The notes: generated by a model not told the origin, from the sequence alone. A DNA stretch of 59,256 bases, filler included, from Basidioascus undulatus (GCA_000826855.1; 7 parts of 7 records of this genome joined end to end with filler, not necessarily neighbours in it), one strand, 5' to 3'; counted from the whole stretch's first letter, positions 26,497 through 39,400 are shown. Numbers and translations are program-made.

Positions 26497-28486
26497 ATGG
26501 CCCCCACTTACGACCCCAAGAACATGCCCTTCCGCCGTGTTGGCGGCAGCGGCCTGCGTCTACCGCTTTTCAGCATTGGCGGCTGGCTCACCTACGGTAC
26601 AGTTCCTCGTGACGTGCAGATACTATAGAAGAGCTGACCCCCATTGCAACGGTAGGCGGTACCGTCAAGGGCGACCCCGTCAAGGAAATCCTGACGAAGG
26701 CCTTCGACTCCGGCATCAACTTCGTACGTTCTGCCGCTTCCTCCCAGGTTCAAAGGTAATCAACTGACATTCCTTGATAACAGATCGATGTCGCTGAGGG
26801 GTACGCCAACGGCGAAAGCGAGCGTGAAGTCGGTCGCGTGATCAAGGAAGTTGGTAAGCGGGTCTCCCTCCTTTACTCCTGAGACGGCATTACTGAACCT
26901 CCTCCTTCAGGCTGGGCCCGTGAGGACCTCATCATTTCGACGAAGATCTTGTGAGGCATCGTAGATTCATGCTAAACAGCGCTTGAATCTGCGCTTACAT
27001 GGAATTGGGACCTGCAGCTTCGGCACTGGTTCGAAGGAGCCTAACGGCCGCGGTCTCTCGCGGAAGCACCTCGTTGAGGGCACCTTGGCCTCCCTCAAGC
27101 GTCTCCAACTCGACTACGTCGACATCCTCTTCGCTCGTGCGTTTCTCTCTGTATGTCCTCTGTCCAAATGATTGCTCATACCGCCTTGCAGATCGCCCGG
27201 ACCCGACCGTCCCTCTAATCGAGGTCGTCAAGGCGTTCAGTACGTGTCTCGCTCAAAGCGCTATCACAATCACCATCGCTGACGGACTGTCCCACCCTCC
27301 AGACCACGTCATTGACCGGGGCCTCGCCTTCTACTGGGGAACGTCCGAGTGGTCTGCTGCGCAGATCGGTTCGTGACGCTGCTCCGTGCTGCTCCCCCTT
27401 CTATCCCGACCGCTGACACTCTGTCTTGTAGCGGAGGCCCAGGAGATTGCGGACAAGCTCAGCCTTATCGGCGAGTCTTCTCCCGGCTTTACACATATAC
27501 CATGTGCGACCCTTCAGCTGACCATCCTCGCACTGTATAGGCCCCCAGGTTGAGCAGCCTCAGTATAACCTCCTGCACCGCGAGCGCTTCGAGAAGGTAT
27601 CCATTGCTCGACTGGTAGCGTGCAATGGAACGGCGCTGACCAGGATTATCGTCTTTAGGAGTACGCGCCGCTGTTTGACGTCGCCCGGGGCTGCAACCGT
27701 ACGGCTCTGATGAAGCACTTCTGTGTCATTTAATGCGGCTTGTCTGACCCTCTGACCCCTTCTTTAGGTATCGGCTCGACGATTTGGTCTCCTCTCGCTT
27801 CCGGTTTCCTGACCGGCAAGGTATCTTCTACCATACACTGTCAACTCCACGCCGCTCAGCTAACGCTGCGATCTTCTTCAGTACAACGACGGGCACGTCT
27901 TCCCCCCTCCTTTTAACCCGGTCAAGCACTAATAACTTTCCCGTACATTCGCAAGACAGCATCCCCGAGGACTCCCGCTACGCCCAGAACAAGGACTTCT
28001 TCAAGAACACCGTCGAGCAGCTCAAGACGCCTGAGGGCCAGGCGCGTATCGAGAAGGTCCGCAAGCTCACCGAGGTGGCTAAAAAGCTCGGGACGACGCC
28101 CGCGACGCTGTCGCTCGCGTGGGCCGCGAGTAACGAGAACGTGTAAGTTATTCTGGCTACTCCCTTGACTCCCAGCGTAGAGCGATACTGATTACTGCGC
28201 TGGGACAGGACCTCCGTCATTCTCGGTGCCACCAAGCCGCAGCAGCTCGAGGAGAACGTGAGCTAGCTGCCCATCTTCCCAGACAAGGCCTGCGGTACTG
28301 ACATTCGCACCGTGCACAGCTCGGCGCCATCGAGATCCTTAAGAAGCTCACGCCCGAGATCAAGGAGGAGATTAACAACATTTTCCAGAACAAGCCGGAG
28401 CCTGTTTCGGTGGGTCATTTCGAGCATCGCGCCGAAGTTTGTCCATTCGCTTACTTGGCAAACCCCGTCAGACCTACGGCCGCTAA
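26497..28486 (+). CDS. Aldo-keto reductase, voltage-gated K+ channel beta-subunit type (about 15 introns)
   Basis: [142 protein letters not shown], ending TYGR*. Confidence 0.95.
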
Positions 28487-28961
28487 ACGCGTACTGTCGA
28501 GGAGATGAGCTTCTAGACGAGTTTGATGAGAAGAAGTCTGATGATATACGAATGCAGTTTGGTCATGAATAAGCATGAACATTCAATACAGCGCGTGCAG
28601 AGAGCCTGCGCGCTGCAGCGGACTTCTACCTGCGCAGCGCTGCTACTTCACACACTGCACCTGAACTGAACTGCGCTCTGCGAAGGTACCTCGATCGTCG
28701 TTAGATCGTCCGTGAAATTACCATTATGTGTTGATTCTGTCTGTCAGCGAGGGCACTCGATTCAGATCATCTACATCTCAACGACCATCGATGCGGTAGC
28801 CCGTGGCCATGGCGCAAGCGGGTTCAAACCGCACTAGTTCGCATCCACCCAGGTCAATTCTATTGTACAGGTCCCCCTCCCCCGCCCTTTGCATAATGAC
28901 ACAAGCAAGTTTGTCTCTTCTCTCCATCAACCCGTTCGCCGCACGCAACCCGGAGAGGCGT

Positions 28962-30713
28962 TTATTTCTTCTCCGCGGCCTTCTTCTCGTCCGCCTGCTC
29001 CTCGGTGGTCTTGAGGAATGTGGGCGGCTGTGGGTTTCAAGCCAAGGCGAAGTCAGTACAGTACTACGGTGGATTTGAAGGCGAGGGGAGAGGATGAACG
29101 GACCTTCGAAGCGAACTGCTCGAGCGGGACACCGAGCTCGATGAGCTTGCCGAAGGCGGCAGCGAAGCTGCGCCGGGCAAATCACATTAGCTCGGAATTT
29201 TAAGGCAGACGAAACAGGTTGGGGGGGGGGGGAGACGCACTCCTTGAAGAACAGGTCCTGGTCGTCCGCATACGCCTTGGCGTACTTGCGGAAGGACTTG
29301 TCCTTGATCAGGGCGATGTCGGTGGGCAGCATCATGAGCGACTTGGTGGAGGCGTCCTCGAACTGCTTGGGGCCTACAAGCGAGTGGAATGTGAGACGCA
29401 CAGAGAGGTAGGGGAAGGGGGAATGTACGCGCACCCTTCCAGTTCTTGTACTGCCACTTCTCGTCAAAGAGGAGCTTGAAGAAGTCTATGAGTAAAGGTT
29501 ATGTCAGTATCGGATAGGGGGAAAAGAAGGATGGGAGAAGACGCACCGTTCGTGAAGGTGGTAGGGCTGAAAGTCCACGGGCCCTCGAAGCCGGAGCGGT
29601 CGGTGTGGCAGCTGCGGGTCCATACAAATTTAAGCTATCCCTCCTTAATCTCCACGAGACGGGAGGGGCGCAGCGTACCGGCCGAGCGCGTGCGCGCCCG
29701 CGAGGGCAACGATCTCCTGGTCGTTCAAGCCCATGCGGTAGAAGATCTGGCGGAGGTGGTCCTCGGCCTGGGACGCGTCGGGGAGGCGGCCGTCGGGCGT
29801 CACGTTCTTGTCCGTGCCGTCGATACGGCCTGGGCGCCACGGGATCTTGGGGCCGCCCATCTCCTGGACCGCGACGACACCGGCGAGGGTCCACCTGCAC
29901 ACCCAAATAGTTAGTCTTGAGGACGAGGGGGTGAGGGGGAAAAGAGGAAAGAGATGAGCACGCACAGGTCACCGTAAGAGATCCACGGGTACTTGGACTT
30001 GATCTTCTCCTCCAGCAGGTCGCGCGCGATCTTCAGGCCGTTGTTGGCACCGTGCTCGGACTCGGGCTTGAACCGCATGGTAGCGTAGTTGCTGCACAAG
30101 ATAGAAGTTCGTAAGCTTATCCAGAAGGCTGGCGTTCTGAAAATTGAGCGTGCCTGCCGCCGGTCTTCTCGTCCTTGTCATAGGTGCCAGAAGAGTGCCA
30201 CGCAAGACGTACGAGGACAGGGCCGAAGGACCCGTCTACAGTGTTTTACGTATTCCGTGAGCTTAGGAGCGAAGAAAAGAAGACGGGATCGGAAGGCTCA
30301 CCGTCATACTCGTCAGCGTCGAGGATCTCGGCAATGTCGTTGTAGACCTGCTGGTACGAGCGAGTGCCGCCCTTGCCGCCGGTGGCCTCCTCGATCTTGG
30401 CAATGGTGGGGTTCGCGTCGCCAGACTTGAGCCAGTAGCTTATCGGGGCGCCCAACAGTCAGCAATTCCCCATCGCGTCCACACGTCTTCTCCTGCTCGC
30501 TGAGCCCCGGCAAAGGACTCACTAGGCACCACCACCGACCGCAGCGGCGACACCCGCCCAGACGAAGGGGCTCGTGCCCTTGGCCTGCTCAGCGCCGGGC
30601 CCGTTCGAGTAAGCGCGGCGGAAGGAGGCCTGGACGACGGGGGAGCGGGGTGCGGTGCGAAGGGCAGCGCGGCGGATAGAGCCGCGAAGGGAGCCAACAG
30701 CAGCGGAGGCCAT
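28962..30713 (-). CDS. CCP1: Mitochondrial cytochrome c peroxidase (class I heme peroxidase)
   Basis: Presequence and transmembrane segment, then [117 protein letters not shown]. Confidence 0.95.
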
Positions 30714-31970
30714 GGTCAGTTCAGGGGATAATGGGGAAGGATGCGGGTCTGCAGGAGCAGGAGAAGGGTAAGGAGGTGGTGGTGGTTGTGGAAAGAAAGC
30801 AAGCCAAGAGTGTGCAAGACTGCAAGTGAAGTGGGCTGCTGGCGAGTCCGGTTCGGGCAGCAGCTGACCCGACGCGCTCGCGGCATGGCAAATGATGTAA
30901 GTAAATTAGTAGTCGATAGTACAACGGATGCGGGATACAGCCAATCATATTCCATGTAATTCCGGCTAATCAAAGGCCCGTGATCACTCAGCCTCAAGCC
31001 TCAGCGCAGCTCAGCGCGGTTGGGCTCTTCTGAACCTTGCTTTCTTTCAACCTGCGTCGACTGCCTTGCACTCGATATCTTTGAGCCGGTATCGACGCGT
31101 AATCAAAGCACAGCTATCACCTACCGGAAGAGTACTTGCACCGAAAGATCAACAGCGCGTTTAGGGGCCAACGGTGTGGTCGAAGATTTGCGGACGAAGC
31201 TCGAAGCTGGCTGCGTGCTACTTCAAGCACAGGCAGCATATTGACAACAATATGGTTTTCTTTCTCATGGGCCTAGCGTCGTCTCAGACAAAAAGAAGAC
31301 GTCTGACTGGCCTGTGGGGCACCTGTGCCGGCGCGATTCTACCTTCATTGCTTTCACCATCGCCTTTTGACAATAAATAAGGCTTTAAGCTGATACCAAG
31401 TAGTTGTAAGGCAAGGTTTAAGCAGAGTGTGTCGTTTCCGTCGACCAGTGACACCGGTCCCCTGGGGAGTTCGCACAGTACACGAACACACCCATTCCTT
31501 CCTTCCAGTTCTGTTGACTCATGGAAAACTGTTCTTACGGCTTTTTTTTAACTATTCGTGGCAGTGTTCTCGAGAGGTTCGTGCGAGCTGCGAACGGTTT
31601 GCGAACAGGCTATTAGTCCTACTTTGGCCTACCGCATGCTCGAAAGTGCAGCCTGTCACCTACTAGATGTATTATAAGTTGTGGTCAATAGAATAAAAGC
31701 TGGTATTGCATTTTTGTCACCTTCCAGAAGGTTGGTGGGACTCCCATTTCACCGCATGCTGCACTGAGTGAAACCCTCGTGCCCGCTGGCTTCGAGCTTC
31801 AGCTGAGCGCTCCGCGGTACCTTTCCCTTCTCCAATTCGTCCTTGCCATTTTGCACGTGTCAAATCTGATATCAGGAAGAGACGCCCGAGATCAATATAA
31901 ACGGCTGTTCCTCACGGAGCGGGGTAGTACCTGTCAGTGAGAGTTCGCCCGCGGCCTTCCACATGTACAT

Positions 31971-32710
31971 GTGGAGCACGAGCGGTCGCCGCCAGTGGGC
32001 CCAACTCCCAAGATCCACAGCCTTTATCCCCTTTCACACCTCCCTCGGGGATCCACCGGGTCCTGGATTCCCTGTTCGCATGTTCGAACTCCTTTATGCA
32101 CCGCTACGAAGGGGTCGTGCGCCGTCGTCCGTCTTCTCGAGGCTGCGGAGGAGGCTGCGGGACGCCGGTGGGTGGTGTTCACCCAGTCGCATTCCCAGTG
32201 GGCCCAAATGCTAACACCTCTTATAGTTTTCACGGTTATATCGCTTTCCGAGGAACCCGTGAAGACGGCTTATGCGGTCGTGGAGCGTGCAGCGCGGACG
32301 GTCGCGCGGACGGTGTGGACGTACAGTCTACCACCTGTAGCGGTGGCACTCGCCCTCCCCGTGGCACTGAGCATATACGCAATCACGAATGCCGTCCTGC
32401 TCCTTATCTCGGGGCTCATCGTCCTGGGTCTCCTCAAGCGTAGGCCTGTTCAGTCCATTCACACGTACCTGTCACTGAAGCGCACGGGTTGCAGTCTCCG
32501 CAATCCTCGCGTTCCACGGCATCCTCCTCGCCAACGGGGTCGCTCGAGCCTGTGGCATTTATATAGGCCAGACGTTCAAGTTTTCATTTCACTATGTCCA
32601 GCTTTTTCTGGAGGTTCCTCCGGTGCTGCTGTTGGCTGGCGGGGTGCTGGCAGTGTCCGCGCTGACGCTGGTCGCTTCGTCTTGCCGCACTGGTCTGGAG
32701 GAGTAATGGA
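31971..32710 (+). CDS. Small hydrophobic multi-pass membrane protein, function unknown
   Basis: Hydrophobic segments WTYSLPPVAVALALPVALSIYAITNAVLLLISGLIVLGLL, and after a probable intron ILAFHGILLANGVARACGIYIG…VPPVLLLAGGVLAVSALTLVA. Start site and exon structure uncertain. Confidence 0.45.
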
Positions 32711-35023
32711 AGGATAATTAATAAATACACGATGCGATGAGCGATCGAACGCGTTCAGTCTCGATTGAAATCACTGCACTGCCGACAAATTCCGATAAAG
32801 GAACCTCAGCACAGTACTAGTCAAGCCCCTATTGTTTTCATGAAGATCAAGTTTTTGGTTTTCCGATCGATTACTCCTAAATCAGGACCGCAGAGTTGGT
32901 CCCTCCGCTCGCTACGCTGCTGCAAGAAGCTCGCAGTCTGATGTCGCTGTAAGCCATGGCCTGCCAGCCAGACACTTGAGTGACAAGCTCTGATCCAATA
33001 CTCAATTTCCAACCTCACAGTATTTTCAACATATTCTCGCCACAGCTCTCCTTCTGTTGAAATTTGGAAGCTCAGAGCTCTCCCTGCGTGGAGGAGACAT
33101 GCTTTAGCCTGGGATACAGTAGGCTAGGGTACACGCTGCGTCTTTTCCATAAACCTCGACCTGAAGTATTCAAGGTAATACTTCTAATATTTCAGTTTGT
33201 AACAGCTGGTTGCCAAGCAAGCGGCATGCGAGCACAGCTGTATGAAAGCTGCGCTGGCCGACACTAAGGATGCTGCCCTCTAAAAGTTGCCAGTGCGTCT
33301 GGCACGGCATCTATCTTCCGTTTCATAGGTCTTGAAGAGATATCTCTTCTCATAATGTGGAAGAAGGACTGCAAAAATGGACTTGTAGAGGCATGCAAGC
33401 AAACGACGAATGCCGCAGCGCACCGTCATCCTGTCCGCGTCGTCGTAGAGATAGCCGCACCCTATGACGCTCACTCCCAAGTCGGAGATTGCAGCCATCT
33501 CGTCAGCCACGTACGTGATACTGAATGCGGCAACTGCTGCGTAGACCATTCTCCTTACTCTCCTCACCATCTCCCTGTCTCGCAGGAGCTCGGCTGCCTT
33601 GAAATCTAGCACTACGTCACCGATGCACGCTTCTGAAGCGCGCCGAGAGTACTGACCAGCGACGGATTGCCGAGCTTCGCGTGTGCGACTCGCCTGCCTC
33701 CTCCTGCAAGTGCACATACTAGCATCTGAGAATTCTCCGCCTAGGATCCACGTGGAGGTATCTGACTGGACTTCTACCCCTTGAGTCCAAAGAGGCATAC
33801 TGGGGCAAGGATTGGCCCCTTCCTGTGCCGAGATCGAGGATAACCGTAAACCACCCAGCCTGACTGCGCCGCCTCCTGTACTGCAGGACGGAGATAGAAG
33901 CCTGTGAGTCTCAGTGGAGTAGCCTTTGATGCGAGTTCAGGTACCGGAGGGTCCCGCAGCACTCTACCTAGCAGCACTCTCAGCCTGGGCACTGGGAACT
34001 TCGACAGAGGCTGGGCTCCCAGGCCTCTCCTTCTACTGATCTGACAGTGGCGGTTCTGTCTGTATCCAAGGGACACAACATGCATATCCTTACTCAATGA
34101 GCTGGCTCATCTGCTGACCTGGCCTGATAAGTCACCACCTTCACAGGAGCCCTGCAATACTGCACAGCTCATGAGAGGACATAATATCCATGTACACACA
34201 CCCCCAGTTGTGCACCCACCCCACCAAGCTACTAAAACTAAGGGTGCCCAATAGGGCACATCCCACACCCCCAGTAATAACGCGAGGCACGCTGAGCCCC
34301 TTCCTCTTTATCATTGTTCCACAAGCGAATGCAGACACCTAGTGAGTCAACAAAGTAATGGCACCCAACAGGGCGCATCCTGTCCCCAATGAGCTACATC
34401 CCCAGTAATGCACTGAGGTCCACCGCAGTACGTTGTAGATATGGCGCCGAGGTATCAACTCTCACCTCCCCTGGACGTCGCGCTGGTTAGGTAGAAAGGT
34501 ACTGTACGACTTAGGTTGGGCTAGGTTGGGTTTCGTTATAAGGCCAATTGAGTCTCCGGACGTTGGCTTTCCGCATTCAAAGTGACAGTGCCTCATGAGA
34601 CAACTGCGCTCCCGCAGCTCCGCACCTCTGAGCCACAGAGGAACTTATGCAGCCCATGTACTTTCAAAAGAACTGAGTTTTAGTGCTTGATCCTTATGGA
34701 AGGCACAGCAGCATGAAAGACATGCTCGCTCCCGAGGCAGGACAATGATCATAATCGGCCACCTGGCATTTGAACAGGACCTTGATACAAATATCGAACA
34801 TATATTGATGTCAGATTTTTTCTTTCGGTAAGGCCAACGCCTGCTGGCCATGGCTTTGTGATGAGCGGATGCAGATGCACCACCAAAGGCACACGGCACC
34901 ACCCTTCAGGGGTTGCCCTCCAACCATTATCATCCCTGCTCGAAGCACATCACTCTCGCAGCTCTCCTGCTCAACATTACATCCCACAACACTTTCAATT
35001 CCGCTCACCAAGCTCTCGCTTGT

Positions 35024-35970
35024 CATGCCGATTCCAATCCCGCGCGACATTGTTGCGCTAGTCGCCGCCTCCCTCGCACCCACTGGTGTATGGGTGACCC
35101 CGCGACGTCATGGACTCACTTCTCGCACTCATTCTTGTCTCGTGCGATGTGATGGACATCCTCTACCATCTGTCTCTGGGTCGTCGCTACTGTCGCTTAC
35201 CGGCGCGGTTCCGTCCTTCGGTTGCCCATTCCACCTCATCTAGTCGCTTTCTCTTTGCAACCTTAGCGAGGTGATGCTCCCACTCTCAATCGAAGCTTGT
35301 CTCAGTGCTTTGAAAGTGCTGGGGACTGCTCTTCAAGCGATGCTGCCAAATCTGCGCCGCGTTGACATTGACTTCTTGGGTCTCTTTGAGATAGAGTAGG
35401 AGTATTGTTTCTTCCATGCCATGCCGAGCCTGAGCTTGGAGGACCTGGGACTCGTCAGTCTGAGGCCATGTTCGTCTTCCCGCTTCTTATCGACCTAGGC
35501 TTGCCTGTTGCTCCTTTGAAGAATCACAAACCCAACAGCATCAGTTCTTCGTCGGCTCTTGATTACTTCAGGGGAAGTGCATTGGTCCAACGCCGGACTT
35601 ATGAAGTGCAACTTCCTCTCATTGACTCAGCTGCTCATGATACAAGCCGAGTCTGTCTACGATTATGCTTGAGGTCTAGGCATGCTTCCGCTAGGCATGC
35701 TTCCGCCCTGTGTGTCCATGCCGGCTCTGGAGCAGCTCCTCATCATATACCCCGACAACCTGAACCTTCGTGATGGCTTCAGGTCACTTCGTGATGCTTT
35801 CCAGGGAAGGAGCCTTTGTGTGTCGGTGCATTGAGTTCTGGCTGTCCAACACGGGTCTGACGGGGAATCGGCAGCGGCCATGGGTGCGGAAGTGCTGCCT
35901 GAACTAGTGGAGGGTATGATATGTACATGGAGGGCATGACGTTGGATGAGGTACTGGGGACCGCTTGAGA
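35024..35970 (+). pseudogene. Degraded F-box/LRR-like gene
   Basis: MPIPIPRDIVALVAASLAP resembles an F-box start. Later fragments (AMLPNLRRVDIDF, LEQLLIIYP) are interrupted by stops and a 15-bp tandem duplication (ctaggcatgcttccg x2, about 35676-35705). Confidence 0.35.
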
Positions 35971-36320
35971 GCCGGGCGTTCTATGCTGCTTTAAGGTTTG
36001 GTCTTGGTGACTTAGTGAAGCATATGCATATTGACGCAAGGCACTCCTTCTTCACTCTCATTCGCAAGCCACATGCATGACTGTACTTGCGTTCCTTACT
36101 TGACCATTAAATTTAATGGGAGTTAAACCCCTTTGCTTTCCTTGTGTAGGATGTACGTGTTCGGTAAGCGGCCGCTGCTGCGCACTGCCGGCTTCCATGT
36201 TCACGGCCCATAAACTCGATTTCCTCTTCTTTCCGTTTTTCGTGCCCTTTCAAGTTGATTAATGAATTTACGAGCACATTCTAAATGCAGACAAAACGCT
36301 ATGCAACGCCATTCTATGAT

Positions 36321-36651
36321 CTATGCCCAGCCCACTTCGCCCCCTGTAAACTCCTCAACATGAACACCCCGCTCGCCCTTGACCTTTCGCAGGACATATC
36401 GCTCCAGATCATAGTGCTCGTACGCTTGCCCGGCTAGGCGTACCGCCTTGATGTGGTCAGGTCCTGAGTTTGCGCGCCGTGCCTGCGCTCGGGACTGCCA
36501 GATACAGGTCGCGAGATTTTGCGCCTTGTCATTGGGCACGCCGTACCTGGAAGATCAAAGCTCGTCAGCAACTTCGAGAGACAAGGAACCGGTTGATGAA
36601 GTAAGGCGGAATTCTCACCAGGACATAACCAGCCCGCCATTCCGAATCGCC
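36321..36651 (-). CDS. 3' end of a UPF0643-type conserved fungal protein
   Basis: AIRNGGLVMSW|YGVPNDKAQNLATCIWQSRAQARRANSGPDHIKAVRLAGQAYEHYDLERYVLRK matches the family's GGL..YWYG…NLATCIW.SR..A pattern as I recall it. Confidence 0.75.
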
Positions 36652-36751
36652 NNNNNNNNNNNNNNNNNNNNNNNNNNNNNNNNNNNNNNNNNNNNTTAAT
36701 TAATTAANNNNNNNNNNNNNNNNNNNNNNNNNNNNNNNNNNNNNNNNNNNN
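36652..36751. other. Artificial contig linker
   Basis: 44 N + TTAATTAATTAA + 44 N. Confidence 0.99.
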
Positions 36752-37169
36752 GTCGCCGCCGTCCCTGCTTGCACACGGCGGCGGCGCGATGGCCTTGGGT
36801 TGCACTGCTCCTCGTGCCGTCAACGCATCTTGATTTCTTTTTGCGCATTATGTAACCCTAACCGTAAGTTGGTAATAATAGTATTAAAGTCGGATGTCTG
36901 AAGGCAACGCTAGTACGATTCACCAATGGCTTTGTGAATCTGGATCTTGCGACGGAGGTCTGGGGCAGTCTCACCTTGCAGCTATCACGCATCATTCACG
37001 ACGCACCCAGCAACGAGAACCACACAGATGCTCCCCTTCTGAAGAATTTCAGCCGAACACTCGCGGCTTCTCGGCCAGTATGCATACACGATATGTGCGA
37101 AGGGCCAGCCTATCAGGGTACACTAAACCCCCCAATCCTTCGCAGAGTCTCCACGCTACCATTAACAGC

Positions 37170-38170
37170 TTACGAAACCACCGTGCAGTCCTTCAGAGGA
37201 AGCTGGGAGCCGCGAGCCTCTTCGCCCGCCACGGTGATCTTCATCGTGGCTTGTTCCAGACGCCTGATGTTGGTGGTGGCGTCGCGCGGCTAAAGATATC
37301 TGAAGCTTCGAGATCCGTTGAATAAGGGTGCCTAGCATATAAAAAAAAACCTACAAAAATGCTTACAGTCACGCAAAAGACTTGCGAAGACAAGCTGTAG
37401 AGGTTGATCTCAGCCGACGATGCCGTTAAAAGGGGACCAAACAGTTACCTTGACTTCGACGACTGCAAACTTGGCTCCGAGACTGTTGAGAAATTGTTCA
37501 GCCAGTGTCGCCCAGATGATCAAGAGCAGGCCGGTACGCACCATATGCGTACGCCTTCGCTAAAGATCATCAGACCGGCAAACCCCCATAAGCTCGCTCG
37601 AGTGCTTCTGCAGATAGTCAGGGTCGAGCCACTGGGTGGCTTCAGGAGGGTGGCTTCAGTTCAGTGAGGTAGCTCAATCCTCGTACGAGTGGGGCCCGTA
37701 CTCGTCCAGGACGGAAAACGCCAGCATCCTCGAACGGCAGATGAGCGCGATTAGCTGCTTCCACCTCAATGTGCAGCATCTGGCCTGTATGCGGGTGATG
37801 GTTAGTAATGGACCATAACCATCGGAATTTCGTCCATATGGCTAATCTAATAGGTACCTTTTGGAATCGGAAGAGACGTGATGAGCCTCCCGGAACGTCC
37901 TCGAAGCGGCTGCGAAAGCGGGAGGACATCGTCGGCGATGGACTATGCGGCAACAGAGTGAAATAACATTACGTCAAGACGATAGAATGGAAGAATCACC
38001 ATCCGTCCCATGTTGGTAGCAGGGCAGTCAAGACGCAGGACCTCCTTCACAAACGCGTCGAGGTAGAGCCGTTCACGTCGTCGTAGGTCAACGGCTGGCA
38101 GTGATCGACGGGCTCCTGGCGAAGACGATCTTGAACATCTGGGTTCTCTTGATACAGAGGGGGTCTCGTT
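37170..38170 (-). pseudogene. Cytochrome P450 C-terminal remnant with frameshifts
   Basis: ENPDVQDRLRQE (J helix), a frameshift, LYLDAFVKEVLRL (ExxR), DDVLPLSQPLRGRSGRLITSLPIPKG, FRPG.WLD (PERF-like), FSEGVRIC|LGAKFA (heme Cys split by an intron), VAGEEARGSQLPL. The N-terminal half is absent upstream. Confidence 0.85.
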
Positions 38171-38299
38171 ATATTTATGTGACAGTACAATGCAGCAACA
38201 CAATTATTCAGTGGGTTCAACGGTTCCTTTCAAAGTTATCGGCACTCACCACGTGTACTCTCAGGCTCAACACCACAGACCCCTCGTAACTGCAACATG

Positions 38300-39400
38300 C
38301 TCTCCCAGGCTGGGACGGTAAGTCTCCTTATTCGCTCCCTTGATCGAATGAGCGAGACTAAACGTTGGTGACTTCTCTAGGTGCTGGGGGGCGTGGCCTA
38401 CTCTTCCAAAGCCATCCTGGCGGTAAGGTAGGGAGAGAGCTCACGCACGTCTCACCATGCAGCCTAAGCCGAACGTGCATTTTTAAAATGTCACAGGACA
38501 ACAGTCATCTGGAATAGACCAATCAGGCTCGAGGTTTTCCTGGTCTGCGCGTCTTGCACACAGCTGGCGCCGTGGAGTCGCCATGAGCCACCCGGATATT
38601 CAGGAGAAATGCGGGCAGTTTTCACTGATTATATCAATTGTGTTACTACAGATTCCGCCGCAGTCCTTGGACCGGGATACTTTGATCTCAGGCTTCGCAC
38701 TTGCGTTTACGAATCGGCATTTGCAAGCACAGGCGAGTCCTCTCACTGCAGAGGCGCACATGGTGTACTTCTGCTCATTTATGGCTTGTGAACAGCCATG
38801 TTGGCGTGGTACATATAGATTATTCCCAACTGTTGAAGAATCCGTTCCCGCTTACACAACTTCTCCAGCCATCGTCTACCAAGCAGTCATCCTGGCACTC
38901 ACGCTTTCCAAGATTCTGTGCACAAGCTGGGGAGTATCCATGGGCGAGACTTCCAGGATAGTGGTATGTGTGATCCTCTTCATGGAGGGCACTCGATTCT
39001 TTCTAATGACTTTGACTGCTCCTGCAACAGTTGAAAGAAGGTGTCTTCCTCTTCGTGGCGTCTTTCTTGTCCCAGTACCTCAGTTGCCTTACCGAGGTGA
39101 AACGAAAGATAATACGCGCCCAGACTGATACAGGGGCTTTTCGCAACTCTCAACTACAACGATGCGTTCAGTGCGTTCTTCATCCCGTTTGTTTATGCTG
39201 CGGCGCCACTGACGAGCCCTCGAGAACTGTTTGAGTTGCGGTCTTCGTCGTACGCGAATCAGTGCCGAACAAAGTTTGGGTAAGACAGACTGATTTACTA
39301 TGCCGCAGCCATACACATTTCTTGTTTCTACGATTGGCGCAGGGCGTATCTTGATCCGTCTCGCCAACGCCAGGCCTGGGGAGACCAGCGCGACGCGATT
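38300..39400 (+). pseudogene. Fragmented multi-pass membrane protein (basidiomycete DUF6533-like)
   Basis: SPAIVYQAVILALTLSKI…L.KEGVFLFVASF…GRILIRL pattern in GT-AG-bounded pieces. No complete gene model could be assembled. Confidence 0.35.

Noticed and set aside
28588..28645. GC-rich hairpin between the convergent AKR and CCP1 3' ends
   Set aside because: Short imperfect stem made of GCGC/CTGCAG words that are common at this GC content. Intrinsic terminators do not apply in fungi.
23020..30713. Esterase + aldo-keto reductase + peroxidase as a biosynthetic or detoxification cluster
   Set aside because: No backbone enzyme, transporter or regulator is present, and CCP1 and this AKR are widespread housekeeping genes.
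33280..33798. 172-aa minus-strand ORF as a viral or transposon protein
   Set aside because: No recognisable motif and no supporting neighbouring exons or element ends.
34359..34376. TGGCACCCAACAGGG resembles a tRNA-Lys primer-binding site of LTR elements
   Set aside because: Imperfect match, no TG…CA LTR immediately upstream and no gag/pol remains. The hairpin reading explains it equally well.
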